The position numbers were made by a program, and so were the translations under genes. The notes beneath the pieces were generated by a model. The model saw only the letters and a list, made by a program, of their open reading frames with translations. It was not told where the DNA came from and did not search any database. A DNA stretch of 32,000 nt from Erysipelotrichaceae bacterium (GTDB taxonomy: Bacteria; Bacillota_I; Bacilli_A; Erysipelotrichales; Erysipelotrichaceae): the NCBI GenBank assembly GCA_963663995.1, contig OY760660.1, positions 570,001-602,000 of the forward strand. The letters run 5' to 3'. Below are positions 1 through 8,760 of this stretch, one piece after another. Position 1 is the first letter of the stretch, and every line of letters begins with the position of its first letter.

Positions 1-405
1 TACAAGTAAAGGTTTCTTCCCAGTTTTTTTCAATAGTAAAGCTAATTTAGCTGCTGAAGTTGTTTTACCACTACCTTGTAAACCCACTAAAATAAATGTT
101 TTCTTTTGTGAGTTTGGCCATTCGAATTCAGGACTTTGTGGACCAAGAAGTTCAACTAAAGCATCATAGATGATTTTCATCAATGCTTCGTTAGCTTTTA
201 ATGAACTAAAAATCTTTTGTCCTAAGGCTTGTTCTCTAATCGTTTTAGAAAAATCGTCAACAACCTTTCTTGATACATCCGCATCTAAAAGAGAAGATTG
301 GACTTCTCCTAAAAGTTCATCTAATTGTTTTTCATTGATTCGATCTCTTTTCGTTATCTTACGAAAAGCATCATTCAGTTTATTGGATAGACTATCAAAC
401 GCCAT
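1..405 (-). CDS. ffh: Signal recognition particle protein Ffh, N-terminal part (3' end leaves the window)
   Basis: Reverse-strand translation from ATG (403-405) gives MAFDSLSNKLNDAFRKITKRDRINEKQLDELL...KTFILVGLQGSGKTTSAAKLALLLKKTGKKPLLV. This is an SRP54 N-domain followed by the GxxGxGKT P-loop, and the frame stays open to base 1. AAGGAG RBS at 413-418, overlapping the thiI stop. The + ORF at 170..409 is its antisense shadow. Confidence 0.9.
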   Translation of the reverse strand, partial: MAFDSLSNKLNDAFRKITKRDRINEKQLDELLGEVQSSLLDADVSRKVVDDFSKTIREQALGQKIFSSLKANEALMKIIYDALVELLGPQSPEFEWPNSQKKTFILVGLQGSGKTTSAAKLALLLKKTGKKPLLV

Positions 406-416
406 TTAAATTCTCC

Positions 417-1607
417 TTATAAATAATCTTCATCAGTTTTTACACTGATAAATTCTGTGATTTTACTTGTATAAGCTTCTTGCATCAATTCCTCTAAACC
501 AACACATTTGTTTTCCTCCACTAAAGTGAAGTCAAGTCTTGGCTTCGTTTTAGGATTGGACACCGCAAAGAGTGAACAACAATCTTCAAAAGGAAGAATG
601 GATGTTTCATAGGTATTAATCTGTTTCGCAAGATTTACAATCTCTAGTTTATCATAGGTTAAAAGTGGTCTAAACATAGGAAGTCTTGACACTTCTTGAA
701 TGGTTTGAATACTTTCAAGGGTTTGTGATGCGACTTGGCCAATACTATCACCCGTCACTATTGCTAAGCATTTACGCTCATCCGCAATCCAATTCGCAAT
801 ACGGACAAAAGCTCTTCTCATTAACGTAATTCCATAACTATTGTCAGTTGGACGATAGAGTTCTTGTTGAGTCTTTGTAAAATCGACAATATGCATCGGA
901 ATTACTGGTTGGAATTTTGTTAGGTGACGTACTAATGTTTCAACTTTTTCTAAAGATTGAGGCGATGTATAAGGTGGGGTCGCAAAGTGAACACATTCCA
1001 CTTTAACGCCACGCTTCATCATTAAATAAGCCGCTACAGGTGAATCGATACCCCCAGACATTAAGAGTAATGCTTTACCACTCACACCCACTGGCAGACC
1101 TTGTAAACCTTGATAGGTTCTAAGTCCAATTAAAGTTTCATCCGCATCTACTTCAATCCGAATACGGATATCAGGATGATGGACATCTACTTTATGATCT
1201 GTTGTGCTTAAAATTCTTGATGCGACAATACGATTAAGTTGATCTGAATTAAATGCTAGGGTTTTTACTTTACGTCTAGCGATGACTTTAAATGTAGAAA
1301 GACGTTCTAAACTCATGTGTAAAGTTGTAAGTTCAGCAATCTTATCAGGATCTGATTCACATTTAACAATTGGTGTAAAATTCGCAATCCCAAATATATT
1401 CTTTAAGATATCGATGACTTCATCCATTGGTTCATCATTCAGTTGAACAAGAATTCGGTCATATTTATTTAAAACTTTAACTTTTGGATAATTTTTTAAT
1501 TGTTCCTTGATATTAAAAATCAGTTTATCTACAAAAAACTTACGATTTTTCTTCTTTGTTGATAATTCGCCATAGCGAATAAGTATGTGATCTATTTTAG
1601 CGAGCAT
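417..1607 (-). CDS. thiI: tRNA 4-thiouridine(8) synthase ThiI
   Basis: 403-aa ORF with THUMP-type N-terminus and the PP-loop motif LLMSGGIDSPVAA. The ORF track starts at a TTG (1628). The ATG at 1605-1607 (MLAKIDHILIRYGELS) has an AAGGAAG RBS about 8 nt upstream and is the more likely start. Sits next to a cysteine desulfurase, as in Bacillus nifZ-thiI. Confidence 0.9.
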   Translation of the reverse strand: MLAKIDHILIRYGELSTKKKNRKFFVDKLIFNIKEQLKNYPKVKVLNKYDRILVQLNDEPMDEVIDILKNIFGIANFTPIVKCESDPDKIAELTTLHMSLERLSTFKVIARRKVKTLAFNSDQLNRIVASRILSTTDHKVDVHHPDIRIRIEVDADETLIGLRTYQGLQGLPVGVSGKALLLMSGGIDSPVAAYLMMKRGVKVECVHFATPPYTSPQSLEKVETLVRHLTKFQPVIPMHIVDFTKTQQELYRPTDNSYGITLMRRAFVRIANWIADERKCLAIVTGDSIGQVASQTLESIQTIQEVSRLPMFRPLLTYDKLEIVNLAKQINTYETSILPFEDCCSLFAVSNPKTKPRLDFTLVEENKCVGLEELMQEAYTSKITEFISVKTDEDYL

Positions 1608-2751
1608 AGTTCTGTCTTCCTTTTTCAATTACTTCTATTAAACGATTGATATCTTCAATACTGTGTTTACTGCTTAAAGAAATACGAATAACGCCTTTTA
1701 GTACGTTTCCGCATTTTTTCATCGCTACAAGGACATGTGATGCCTTAAATGTCTTATCTGAACATGTAGCAGCAGCAGACGCATAGATATGATGATCGCC
1801 TAAGATATTTAACATCACTTGTGAAGGTAAATCAAGTATCGAGAAATTTAAGATATAAGGTGAACATTGATTTTCTGGACTGTTAATAACAACTTGATCT
1901 AGTTCAGATAAACGAGCTCGAAGATATTGATTAAGATGCTTCACATGATTAATGCTTTTTTGATGCTCATCGCTGGCTAAACGTAATGTCTTCGCAAAGA
2001 GGATATGAGCCAAAGCATTAGGCGTACCCGCCACCATTCCATGATCCAAATGACCTCCACTTAAAATTGGATGGATCAATATCCCCTCTTTTAAGTAAAT
2101 TAAAGCACTCCCTTTTAAACCATGTATTTTATGAGCAGTAAAACTAGCCGCATCAATCTTCTTATAATCTATCTCGTATTTACTTAAAGCTTGAACAGCA
2201 TCCGTATGGAAATAAGCTTTTGAATGTTGATGAACTAAATCTGCATAATGTTCAACAGGTAGTATCACACCTGTTTCATTATTTACAGCCATTATAGAAA
2301 CTAAAATAGTATCTGCTCTTAAAGCATTTATTAATGTATCATCATCAATTTGACCATCTTCATTAACATCTAAGATAGTTAATTGATAAGCATCATATTT
2401 TTCTAAATCTTTAAAACATTCAAGAACTGACGCATGTTCAACAGATGAAGTAATAATATGTTTACCGCGATCCTTGAATTGATAAGCTAAACCTTTAATA
2501 AGGATGTTATTGGCTAAAGTAGCTCCAGACACAAAAGTTAGAGTACTTTTGTCAACTTCTAATTGCTTAGCAAGTGATGACTTGGAGTCCTCTAACATTT
2601 TAGATATTTTTAAACCAGCTGGATGTAATGCATCTGCATTTGCGTAATGTTCATTTAAAAGTTTTGTGTAAGTATTCAGTACTTCAGGAAAGACAGGGCT
2701 TGAACTCGCATCATCAAAATATAATTCTTTAAGCTTGTGCACTTTTCGCAT
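1597..2751 (-). CDS. Cysteine desulfurase (class V aminotransferase, NifS/IscS/NifZ-like)
   Basis: 384 aa. Has the PLP-lysine context FTAHKIHGLKG and a late conserved Cys (AAATCSDK). Position directly upstream of thiI suggests the sulfur donor for s4U. The ATG start overlaps the ezrA 3' end by 23 nt; a downstream GTG start is possible. Confidence 0.8.
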   Translation of the reverse strand: MRKVHKLKELYFDDASSSPVFPEVLNTYTKLLNEHYANADALHPAGLKISKMLEDSKSSLAKQLEVDKSTLTFVSGATLANNILIKGLAYQFKDRGKHIITSSVEHASVLECFKDLEKYDAYQLTILDVNEDGQIDDDTLINALRADTILVSIMAVNNETGVILPVEHYADLVHQHSKAYFHTDAVQALSKYEIDYKKIDAASFTAHKIHGLKGSALIYLKEGILIHPILSGGHLDHGMVAGTPNALAHILFAKTLRLASDEHQKSINHVKHLNQYLRARLSELDQVVINSPENQCSPYILNFSILDLPSQVMLNILGDHHIYASAAATCSDKTFKASHVLVAMKKCGNVLKGVIRISLSSKHSIEDINRLIEVIEKGRQNYAR

Positions 2752-4468
2752 TCTCTCTAATTAGATTTTCATAATGCTCTGGGTCTAAGCTTTCGACTGC
2801 TTCAATCGCAACTTTTATCGCTTGTGTATAATCACCATTCTTATATAATAGTTCAGCACGCGTTAAGGATGCATCAAGTTCTGCATCATAAGGTCTAAAT
2901 TTATTGCCATAGACAATTGTATTCTCAACCATTTCGACTGTTCCGACTAAATTATTAACGTTGTTATATAAACGATAAATAAAATCTATTCCATCATTTA
3001 CAGTAGCATTCAGTAAGCGTATATCAATTGGGTTTTCAGCTAAGAGTTTTGAAATAGAATTCACATATTGATAAGACTTTAATAAATCTTCTTCATAAGT
3101 CACAGAGATAACAGGTAAACGATATTTACGGATCTTAACTTGAATCTCATTCATGATTAAATGTAATTTTAAAAGTTGTTTTTGAGCACGATCTTCATCA
3201 TTGCGAGCTGTTTTTAAACGATTTGATGCATGATCTAAATCACTTTTAACATTGTTTAGCATTTGCATTGCCTCCCGAATTGACAACATCAGTGTTGAAG
3301 AAGGAACTGAGTGTTTTGCATTCGCACTACTGTATTTAGTCACTTCTTTTAAAAGTTTCTTTAATTCAATGTCCTTCGTTTTTAATAAACTATTAAGTTC
3401 TTCCCAACCAAAACGGTCCGCATCCTTTTTAAGAATGTCTTTGAGATTTGCATGTAGTTTTAAAGCAGAGTCTAAATCTTGTTCTAATCCATGAAGTTGC
3501 ATCTCTAACTCTTGATGAGCTTGTTCTTCTTTTAAGAGTTGAGCATGTAATTGTGATAAGCGTTGTTGATTATCTTTAAGATGATCATTTACTTCTTCCA
3601 TATTTAATCGAGCGATGTTGTTTTCATCTTCTAAAGTGGTTTCTTGTATGAATTGAATATTCTTTTCAACTTCAAGATGTGCAACATAAACTCCATTGTT
3701 TTTTAACCGTTCAAAAAGATTTGATATTTCAGTAACTTGTTTAGGAATAATTCCCTTTGCAATACTGATCATTTCTGGTAATGAACTAACCATTTCACTG
3801 ACAGTTTTTAAAGATGCAGAGATTTCTTCCATCTTTTCTTTTGCTTTACCAAATTCAGAAGCATACATCCACTCTTCAAAAGTACTGAATGCTTTTTCAA
3901 TATCTTCTAAACGCATTTCAATATTTGGTAATGCTAAAGCAATATGAACAGAACGAGCTTGAACTTCAGATTTAAGTTGTCTAAAGAAGTCTTTTAATTC
4001 GGTAATATTGGTTCGTTGTTGATTTTCTTCTTCTAAGATTTTATCTAAGGATTCATTTAAGGTATTAACTTGTTTTTCACAAGCTCTTAACATTCCAGTT
4101 AAATCTGCTAAATTTAATTTAACTTGTTTACGTTTACCAATGATGATTGCATCTTCAGTTTCTGCTAATACATGGGCAATAGATTTTAGGTTTTCTTGGA
4201 CTTGTTCAAAGCTGTTCTTAAAGTCATTAACCATCTCAAGAATACTGTCATTTACACGTGCTAAAGCAACTGCCTTATTGAGTTTAAAAGGTAGTGGAAT
4301 ACTCTTGATTGATGTATACTGTGTTTCAAGTTCAGCTAAGCTTTTCTTAAGCTTATTGAGACTCATTCTTTGACCAATCACATAGCTTAGGATGAGGACA
4401 AGAATAAGGGCTAAAGAGATCTGTACTTCTAGTTTATTAAATAGGTCTAAAAAGGCTTGTAAATCCAT
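2729..4468 (-). CDS. ezrA: Septation ring formation regulator EzrA
   Basis: 579 aa. One N-terminal TM helix (ISLALILVLILSYVIG) followed by long coiled-coil repeats, which is the EzrA length and architecture. Conserved neighbourhood (rpsD divergent; desulfurase-thiI downstream). Confidence 0.8.
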   Translation of the reverse strand: MDLQAFLDLFNKLEVQISLALILVLILSYVIGQRMSLNKLKKSLAELETQYTSIKSIPLPFKLNKAVALARVNDSILEMVNDFKNSFEQVQENLKSIAHVLAETEDAIIIGKRKQVKLNLADLTGMLRACEKQVNTLNESLDKILEEENQQRTNITELKDFFRQLKSEVQARSVHIALALPNIEMRLEDIEKAFSTFEEWMYASEFGKAKEKMEEISASLKTVSEMVSSLPEMISIAKGIIPKQVTEISNLFERLKNNGVYVAHLEVEKNIQFIQETTLEDENNIARLNMEEVNDHLKDNQQRLSQLHAQLLKEEQAHQELEMQLHGLEQDLDSALKLHANLKDILKKDADRFGWEELNSLLKTKDIELKKLLKEVTKYSSANAKHSVPSSTLMLSIREAMQMLNNVKSDLDHASNRLKTARNDEDRAQKQLLKLHLIMNEIQVKIRKYRLPVISVTYEEDLLKSYQYVNSISKLLAENPIDIRLLNATVNDGIDFIYRLYNNVNNLVGTVEMVENTIVYGNKFRPYDAELDASLTRAELLYKNGDYTQAIKVAIEAVESLDPEHYENLIRENAKSAQA

Positions 4469-4485
4469 GGTTTCACCTCGTATTT

Positions 4486-4494
4486 ATTTTAGCA
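4486..4494 (-). promoter_or_regulatory. Candidate extended -10 promoter (TGcTAAAAT) for ezrA
   Basis: Minus-strand TGCTAAAAT lies about 20 nt upstream of the GAGGTG RBS and ATG of ezrA. No good -35 seen. Confidence 0.3.
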
Positions 4495-4527
4495 TATAAC
4501 CTCTTAGTTCTAGACATGCTTTATCGA

Positions 4528-4556
4528 TTGACAAAAAAGTGAAAGCGACTTATACT
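4528..4556 (+). promoter_or_regulatory. Sigma-A type promoter of rpsD
   Basis: TTGACA (4528-4533), 17-nt spacer, TATACT (4551-4556). Confidence 0.6.
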
Positions 4557-4562
4557 TTACAA

Positions 4563-4727
4563 GCGTCAAATAGCAGCAGATGAAGTATTGTTGAAGCGCG
4601 TTGATCCCATTAATTAGGTCACTTAGTAAGCTATTGCTTCTTAGCCGAAGAGTTCTAAGATCAACACATCACAGTTATGATTCATCCCTGAAAGTTTGAT
4701 AAGCCTAAACCAACAGGAGGTATACAC
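4563..4727 (+). promoter_or_regulatory. Long structured 5' leader of rpsD (candidate S4 autoregulatory leader)
   Basis: About 165 nt lie between the predicted start site and the rpsD ATG. A long-range helix GTTGATC (4600-4606) / GATCAAC (4659-4665) encloses a further hairpin. AGGAGG RBS at 4715-4720. Confidence 0.45.
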
Positions 4728-5348
4728 ATGGCACGCATTAATGGTCCGGTTTATAAAAAATCGAGACGTCTAGGGTTCTCTACCCTTGAAACAGGAGTTG
4801 AATTTGCAGCTCGTCCTGGATTTAAAGCACGTACAAGCGCACCTGGTAAAGCACCAGATGCACGTACAGGAAAATTATCCAACTACGGTCTACAACTTCG
4901 TGAAAAACAACGTATTCGTTTCACTTATGGTGTTAACGAACGTCAATTCTACAATTTATTCTTAAAAGCTAACCACATGAAAGGTAACAAAGGTCATAAC
5001 TTCTTATTCTTATTAGAATCAAGACTTGATAACGTTGTTTACCGCATGAACTTCGGCCGTACACGTCGTGCAGCTCGTCAGTTAGTTAACCACGGTCACG
5101 TATTAGTTGATGGTAAAAAAGTTGATATTCCATCTTACAGCGTAAAACCTGGTCAAGTTATTTCAATTAAAGAAAAATCAAAAGACATTGCAGCAGTTAA
5201 AGAAGCAATGGAAGCAAGTGTTTCAACAGTTAACTATGTTACAGTTGATAAAGAAGCTAAAAAAGGAACATTCACACGTTTACCTGAACGTACTGAATTA
5301 AACTCCGAAATTAACGAAGCACTCGTTGTTGAATTCTATAACAGATAA
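4728..5348 (+). CDS. rpsD: 30S ribosomal protein S4
   Basis: 206 aa, MARINGPVYKKSRRLG...LESRLDNVVYR...ARQLVNHGH, the canonical S4 sequence with its S4 RNA-binding domain. Confidence 0.97.
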   Translation: MARINGPVYKKSRRLGFSTLETGVEFAARPGFKARTSAPGKAPDARTGKLSNYGLQLREKQRIRFTYGVNERQFYNLFLKANHMKGNKGHNFLFLLESRLDNVVYRMNFGRTRRAARQLVNHGHVLVDGKKVDIPSYSVKPGQVISIKEKSKDIAAVKEAMEASVSTVNYVTVDKEAKKGTFTRLPERTELNSEINEALVVEFYNR

Positions 5349-5356
5349 AACACATC

Positions 5357-5380
5357 AAACCACGAAAGTGGTTTTTTGTT
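5357..5380 (+). terminator. Rho-independent terminator of rpsD
   Basis: AAACCAC-GAAA-GTGGTTT followed by a T-run. Confidence 0.8.
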
Positions 5381-5393
5381 TGGCTTAAAGAAA

Positions 5394-5419
5394 AAACGCT
5401 CAGTATTTTTTGAGCGTTT
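5394..5419 (-). terminator. Terminator hairpin of the rsuA-containing transcription unit
   Basis: Minus strand: AAACGCTCA-AAAAATAC-TGAGCGTTT, then TTTCTTT. The hairpin includes the last codons and the TGA stop of rsuA. Confidence 0.6.
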
Positions 5420-6095
5420 CTATTTCTTCTTTGCTTAAGTGACGATAATGACCTAAATCTAAATCATCGGTTTTTAAATTCGCAAAACTAATACGGTGAA
5501 GCTCTACCACTTCATTCTCACAAGCAATCATCATTCTTTTTACTTGATGATATTTCCCTTCTTTCAAGGTTAAATCAATCGTATTTTCATCAATTAGATC
5601 TACATGTGCGGGCATACAAGTCTCATCATCATTGAGCTTGATGCCTTTTTCTATCTTTGAAATAAACTTTTGATCGAAAGCTTTTAATAAATGTACACGA
5701 TAAACTTTATCAACGTGATGTTTAGGAGATATTAAACGATGCGCTAATTGTCCATCATTGGTAATTAATAATGTCCCTGTTGTATCTACATCAAGTCGAC
5801 CAACAGGTTGAGTATCTGGTAAAACGGTTTCATCAATTAAATCCAAAACCGATTGATATAAGCCACGATCTTGCGAACAAATACTATCCTTTGGTTTATT
5901 TAATAAGAAATACTGCATCGCTTGATAATCAACATTTTCATCTAGAAAAATAATTTCATCATAGTCTTCATGCACATGATAATCATCATCATGGACAATT
6001 TCACCATTAACGGAGATATAGCCTTTACGAATAAACTGTTTAACTTGTTTACGCGATCCATAACCTAAATGAGCTAGTAATTTATCTAATCTCAT
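5400..6095 (-). CDS. rsuA: 16S rRNA pseudouridine synthase, RsuA family
   Basis: 231 aa. N-terminal S4 domain (MRLDKLLAHLGYGSRKQVKQFI), catalytic-Asp motif GRLDVDTTGTLLITNDG, and KYHQVKRM. Collinear with E. coli RsuA as I recall it. Confidence 0.85.
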   Translation of the reverse strand: MRLDKLLAHLGYGSRKQVKQFIRKGYISVNGEIVHDDDYHVHEDYDEIIFLDENVDYQAMQYFLLNKPKDSICSQDRGLYQSVLDLIDETVLPDTQPVGRLDVDTTGTLLITNDGQLAHRLISPKHHVDKVYRVHLLKAFDQKFISKIEKGIKLNDDETCMPAHVDLIDENTIDLTLKEGKYHQVKRMMIACENEVVELHRISFANLKTDDLDLGHYRHLSKEEIETLKKY

Positions 6096-7717
6096 TTGAG
6101 TAACCTGTTCTTAATTCTATTTAAATCCAAATGTAATATTTTTTGGGGTAAGTGAATCATAGATGTAATGGCTAAATAGACTGTTATTCCAACTACTCCA
6201 TAAACAGCTAATTCGATGGTAGCGATAATTCGTCCTTGATCAATCACAACTAGTCCGAAGAATTCACATATCCAAAAACTTATTTGCATTCCCATTAATC
6301 CTAAAATCATGAATGAAACAGGTTTAATGATTTCAGTAAATTGAACATTATAACGTTTTCTTAAAAGATAAAGATTACTAACAAACATAAACAATTGTGT
6401 TCCCACTTTTGAGTAAATCGAACCCGCATAACCAACCCACGCTAAAAGCGGTATAAATGTAATTGTCGCGATTATAACAGCAGAAGCTATTATCGTTAGA
6501 TTCTGTTTTCTAAGTCTCAGTGCCATCATTAAGGCATTGGATACAGCAGCTAAATTAAAAGTCACACCGGTTAAACTATTTAATTGTAAAACTCTTGCCC
6601 CTAGTTCTAAATGAGCATCACCATACATCACATAATAGATCGGTGCAGCAATTCCAAAAAGGAAATAGGATAAAGGTAAACTTAAATAAAAGACCACTAA
6701 TAAACTTTCAATAATATGTTTACGCATCGCTTCAAAATCATGTTTTTCAAAAGATGTAGTTACATATGGAATAATTGCAGAAATAAATCCTGGGGCAACA
6801 ACTTGTGGAATTGAAGTTAGTTTAAAGGTTGTAAACATGATCATTGAATAATAGAGATCTGCTTCTTGAATACTATTTCCGTGCATTAATAATGATTGAT
6901 TAAAAAACAACAAATTCACAAAATTGGCAATTGAGTTCAGTAAAACATTGAGTAAAAAAGGAATCGCAAATCCATAAAGTTCTATTAATAAAAATTTAGT
7001 ACTAGGTACTATTTCGTCATTTCTTTGTGCTTTATCTTTAATCTCGTTTAAAACTTTACGATCTTTAAAAATAAATAAACCGATTGCAAATAAGGCTGAA
7101 ACAGAAGTGGATAAAATCGCTGCATAAACAGCCCATATTGGATCATAACCTAAGATGACAACTAATAAGAAACCTAAACCTAATAAAAATAAAACACGAG
7201 CTAATTGCTCAACCACTTGTGAAGAAGCATAGGAAGTCATTTCTTTTAGGCCTTGGTAGAAGCCACGATAAGAGCTTAACAAAGGAACTGTAAAAACAGC
7301 TAATGAAATAATCAGCATAACATTACGCGTTCTTTGTACTTCGATTGAATCTATGGCACCACCAACAGATAATTGAGCAATCGGTGTAGCAAAAAACATT
7401 AAGGCTAACATCATCACAAAACCCATTAAAGCTAAAATAGCTTTAGATAGTTTACGTACCATTAAGACTGTTTTATATTGTTCTTTAAGATGATATTTGG
7501 CGACTAAAGTCGCAATCGCATATGGCATACCTGCAATTGAAACATTTAATACGATTTCGTAAATGTTATAGGCACGTGCATAATAAGATAAATTAGGTTC
7601 CGTAGCTAGAGCAGTAAAAGGCACCACATAAAGGATGCCAATGACTTTAGTTAAAAAGATACCTGCACTACTGGTTAAGCCACCTAGAACCAGTGAGTTC
7701 TTCATTCTTTCATTCAT
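6092..7717 (-). CDS. MOP-superfamily polysaccharide/lipid II flippase-like protein (MurJ/SpoVB/YtgP family)
   Basis: 541 aa and highly hydrophobic with many predicted TM helices. Sits next to rsuA, as ytgP-ytzG do in B. subtilis. ATGA overlap with rsuA. Confidence 0.7.
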   Translation of the reverse strand: MNERMKNSLVLGGLTSSAGIFLTKVIGILYVVPFTALATEPNLSYYARAYNIYEIVLNVSIAGMPYAIATLVAKYHLKEQYKTVLMVRKLSKAILALMGFVMMLALMFFATPIAQLSVGGAIDSIEVQRTRNVMLIISLAVFTVPLLSSYRGFYQGLKEMTSYASSQVVEQLARVLFLLGLGFLLVVILGYDPIWAVYAAILSTSVSALFAIGLFIFKDRKVLNEIKDKAQRNDEIVPSTKFLLIELYGFAIPFLLNVLLNSIANFVNLLFFNQSLLMHGNSIQEADLYYSMIMFTTFKLTSIPQVVAPGFISAIIPYVTTSFEKHDFEAMRKHIIESLLVVFYLSLPLSYFLFGIAAPIYYVMYGDAHLELGARVLQLNSLTGVTFNLAAVSNALMMALRLRKQNLTIIASAVIIATITFIPLLAWVGYAGSIYSKVGTQLFMFVSNLYLLRKRYNVQFTEIIKPVSFMILGLMGMQISFWICEFFGLVVIDQGRIIATIELAVYGVVGITVYLAITSMIHLPQKILHLDLNRIKNRLLK

Positions 7718-7722
7718 AAAAA

Positions 7723-8217
7723 TTAAACGCTAACTTCAAGCGCAAAGTTTTCTTTATAAGAGCGGATTTTAAAATAGTCTTTCCACGTTACTTGGACTTT
7801 AATAATGGCTGTAGTGTCATTTACAATCCCGTTAAGATTAAAGCCTTTCATATAACCTAAATCAGCATTTACTTGATAAGGAATCATCGCATATTCTTCA
7901 GATCCATAAATACCAACACTTGGCATCATCTGATCAGAAACCATTAATAAACCTTCATCAACAATCGCTAATATTTCAATGTCATACATTGCAATTTTGG
8001 CATTATCAACAAAAACATCATAGCGATATTCACCACCTTCAATTCGTGTCAAAGTAGCGGAAATATCAAAATAATTTGAAGTCGTATTAAAAGAGGTAGT
8101 ATTCAGAATATTCTGATACATCGTCTTATATATTTCATATTGTGTCTCTTCTTCACTGACGCTTGTACATGCACTAAAGAGGAGTAAAATACTTAGTAAA
8201 ACAGTGATTTTTTTCAT
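7723..8217 (-). CDS. Hypothetical lipoprotein
   Basis: 164 aa. Signal peptide MKKITVLLSILLLFSAC with a lipobox Cys. The mature part is beta-rich and I recognise no family. Confidence 0.6.
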   Translation of the reverse strand: MKKITVLLSILLLFSACTSVSEEETQYEIYKTMYQNILNTTSFNTTSNYFDISATLTRIEGGEYRYDVFVDNAKIAMYDIEILAIVDEGLLMVSDQMMPSVGIYGSEEYAMIPYQVNADLGYMKGFNLNGIVNDTTAIIKVQVTWKDYFKIRSYKENFALEVSV

Positions 8218-8259
8218 CTAAAAACCTCGTAGACAATTATAGCATATTAAAAGACGCAT

Positions 8260-8760
8260 TTATTTCTTAGCGTCTTTTAGAGATTTGATATAAGCTTCTA
8301 AAGCTGAAGCATAGGCATTAGGTAATAAGATTTCAGTTTTATTTAATAACAAAACTTTTGTATTATGTTTACCTTTAGCTTCATATTTTCTAATACTACG
8401 ATAGCGTTGTGTTTCAACCCCATACAAGAAAGCACGTGAACTCACATAAATTTTTGCAGTCATATATGCGTTTACAAGTTCAGTTAAAATCAAAACTGTG
8501 AAAACAAATGCCATTGTAATTTTCTCAATTAAACTTGTTCCAATATAGAGTGCAACAACAAAGATGGCAGCTGCCATACCAATATAAAGATAAATATTCT
8601 TCTTTTCTTCATAGGCCACTACAACATCTTTTTCTTTTTGTTCAAATTCTTTAACCATTGTCTTATGTTTAAGATAATCCATTACACGAACATAGGTAAT
8701 AAAAGCTGTTAAGACGACGGTAACTCCTAATAAAATCCAATTAAAATTAAAATTTTCCAT
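8260..8760 (-). CDS. Hypothetical small membrane protein (about 3 TM helices plus a basic C-terminal domain)
   Basis: 166 aa. Hydrophobic segments WILLGVTVVLTAFITYV, IYLYIGMAAAIFVVALYIG and ITMAFVFTVLILTELV. Its ATG overlaps the tyrS TAA (TAATG at 8758-8762). Confidence 0.6.
   Translation of the reverse strand: MENFNFNWILLGVTVVLTAFITYVRVMDYLKHKTMVKEFEQKEKDVVVAYEEKKNIYLYIGMAAAIFVVALYIGTSLIEKITMAFVFTVLILTELVNAYMTAKIYVSSRAFLYGVETQRYRSIRKYEAKGKHNTKVLLLNKTEILLPNAYASALEAYIKSLKDAKK

Noticed and set aside
170-409. 79-aa + strand ORF from the ORF track
   Set aside because: It lies exactly antisense to the N-terminal coding region of ffh, whose P-loop and N-domain sequence are unambiguous. It has no RBS and a low-complexity product.
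3252-4373. Three + strand ORFs (80, 83 and 77 aa) inside ezrA
   Set aside because: They are antisense shadows of a long AT-rich coiled-coil gene. Their products are Ser/Phe/Ile-rich, with no RBS or start context.
8225-8241. TATAAT on the minus strand upstream of the 7723-8217 lipoprotein gene, as an independent promoter
   Set aside because: It has no -35 or TG extension, and the predicted start would fall on or within the RBS. A chance match in AT-rich DNA is likely.
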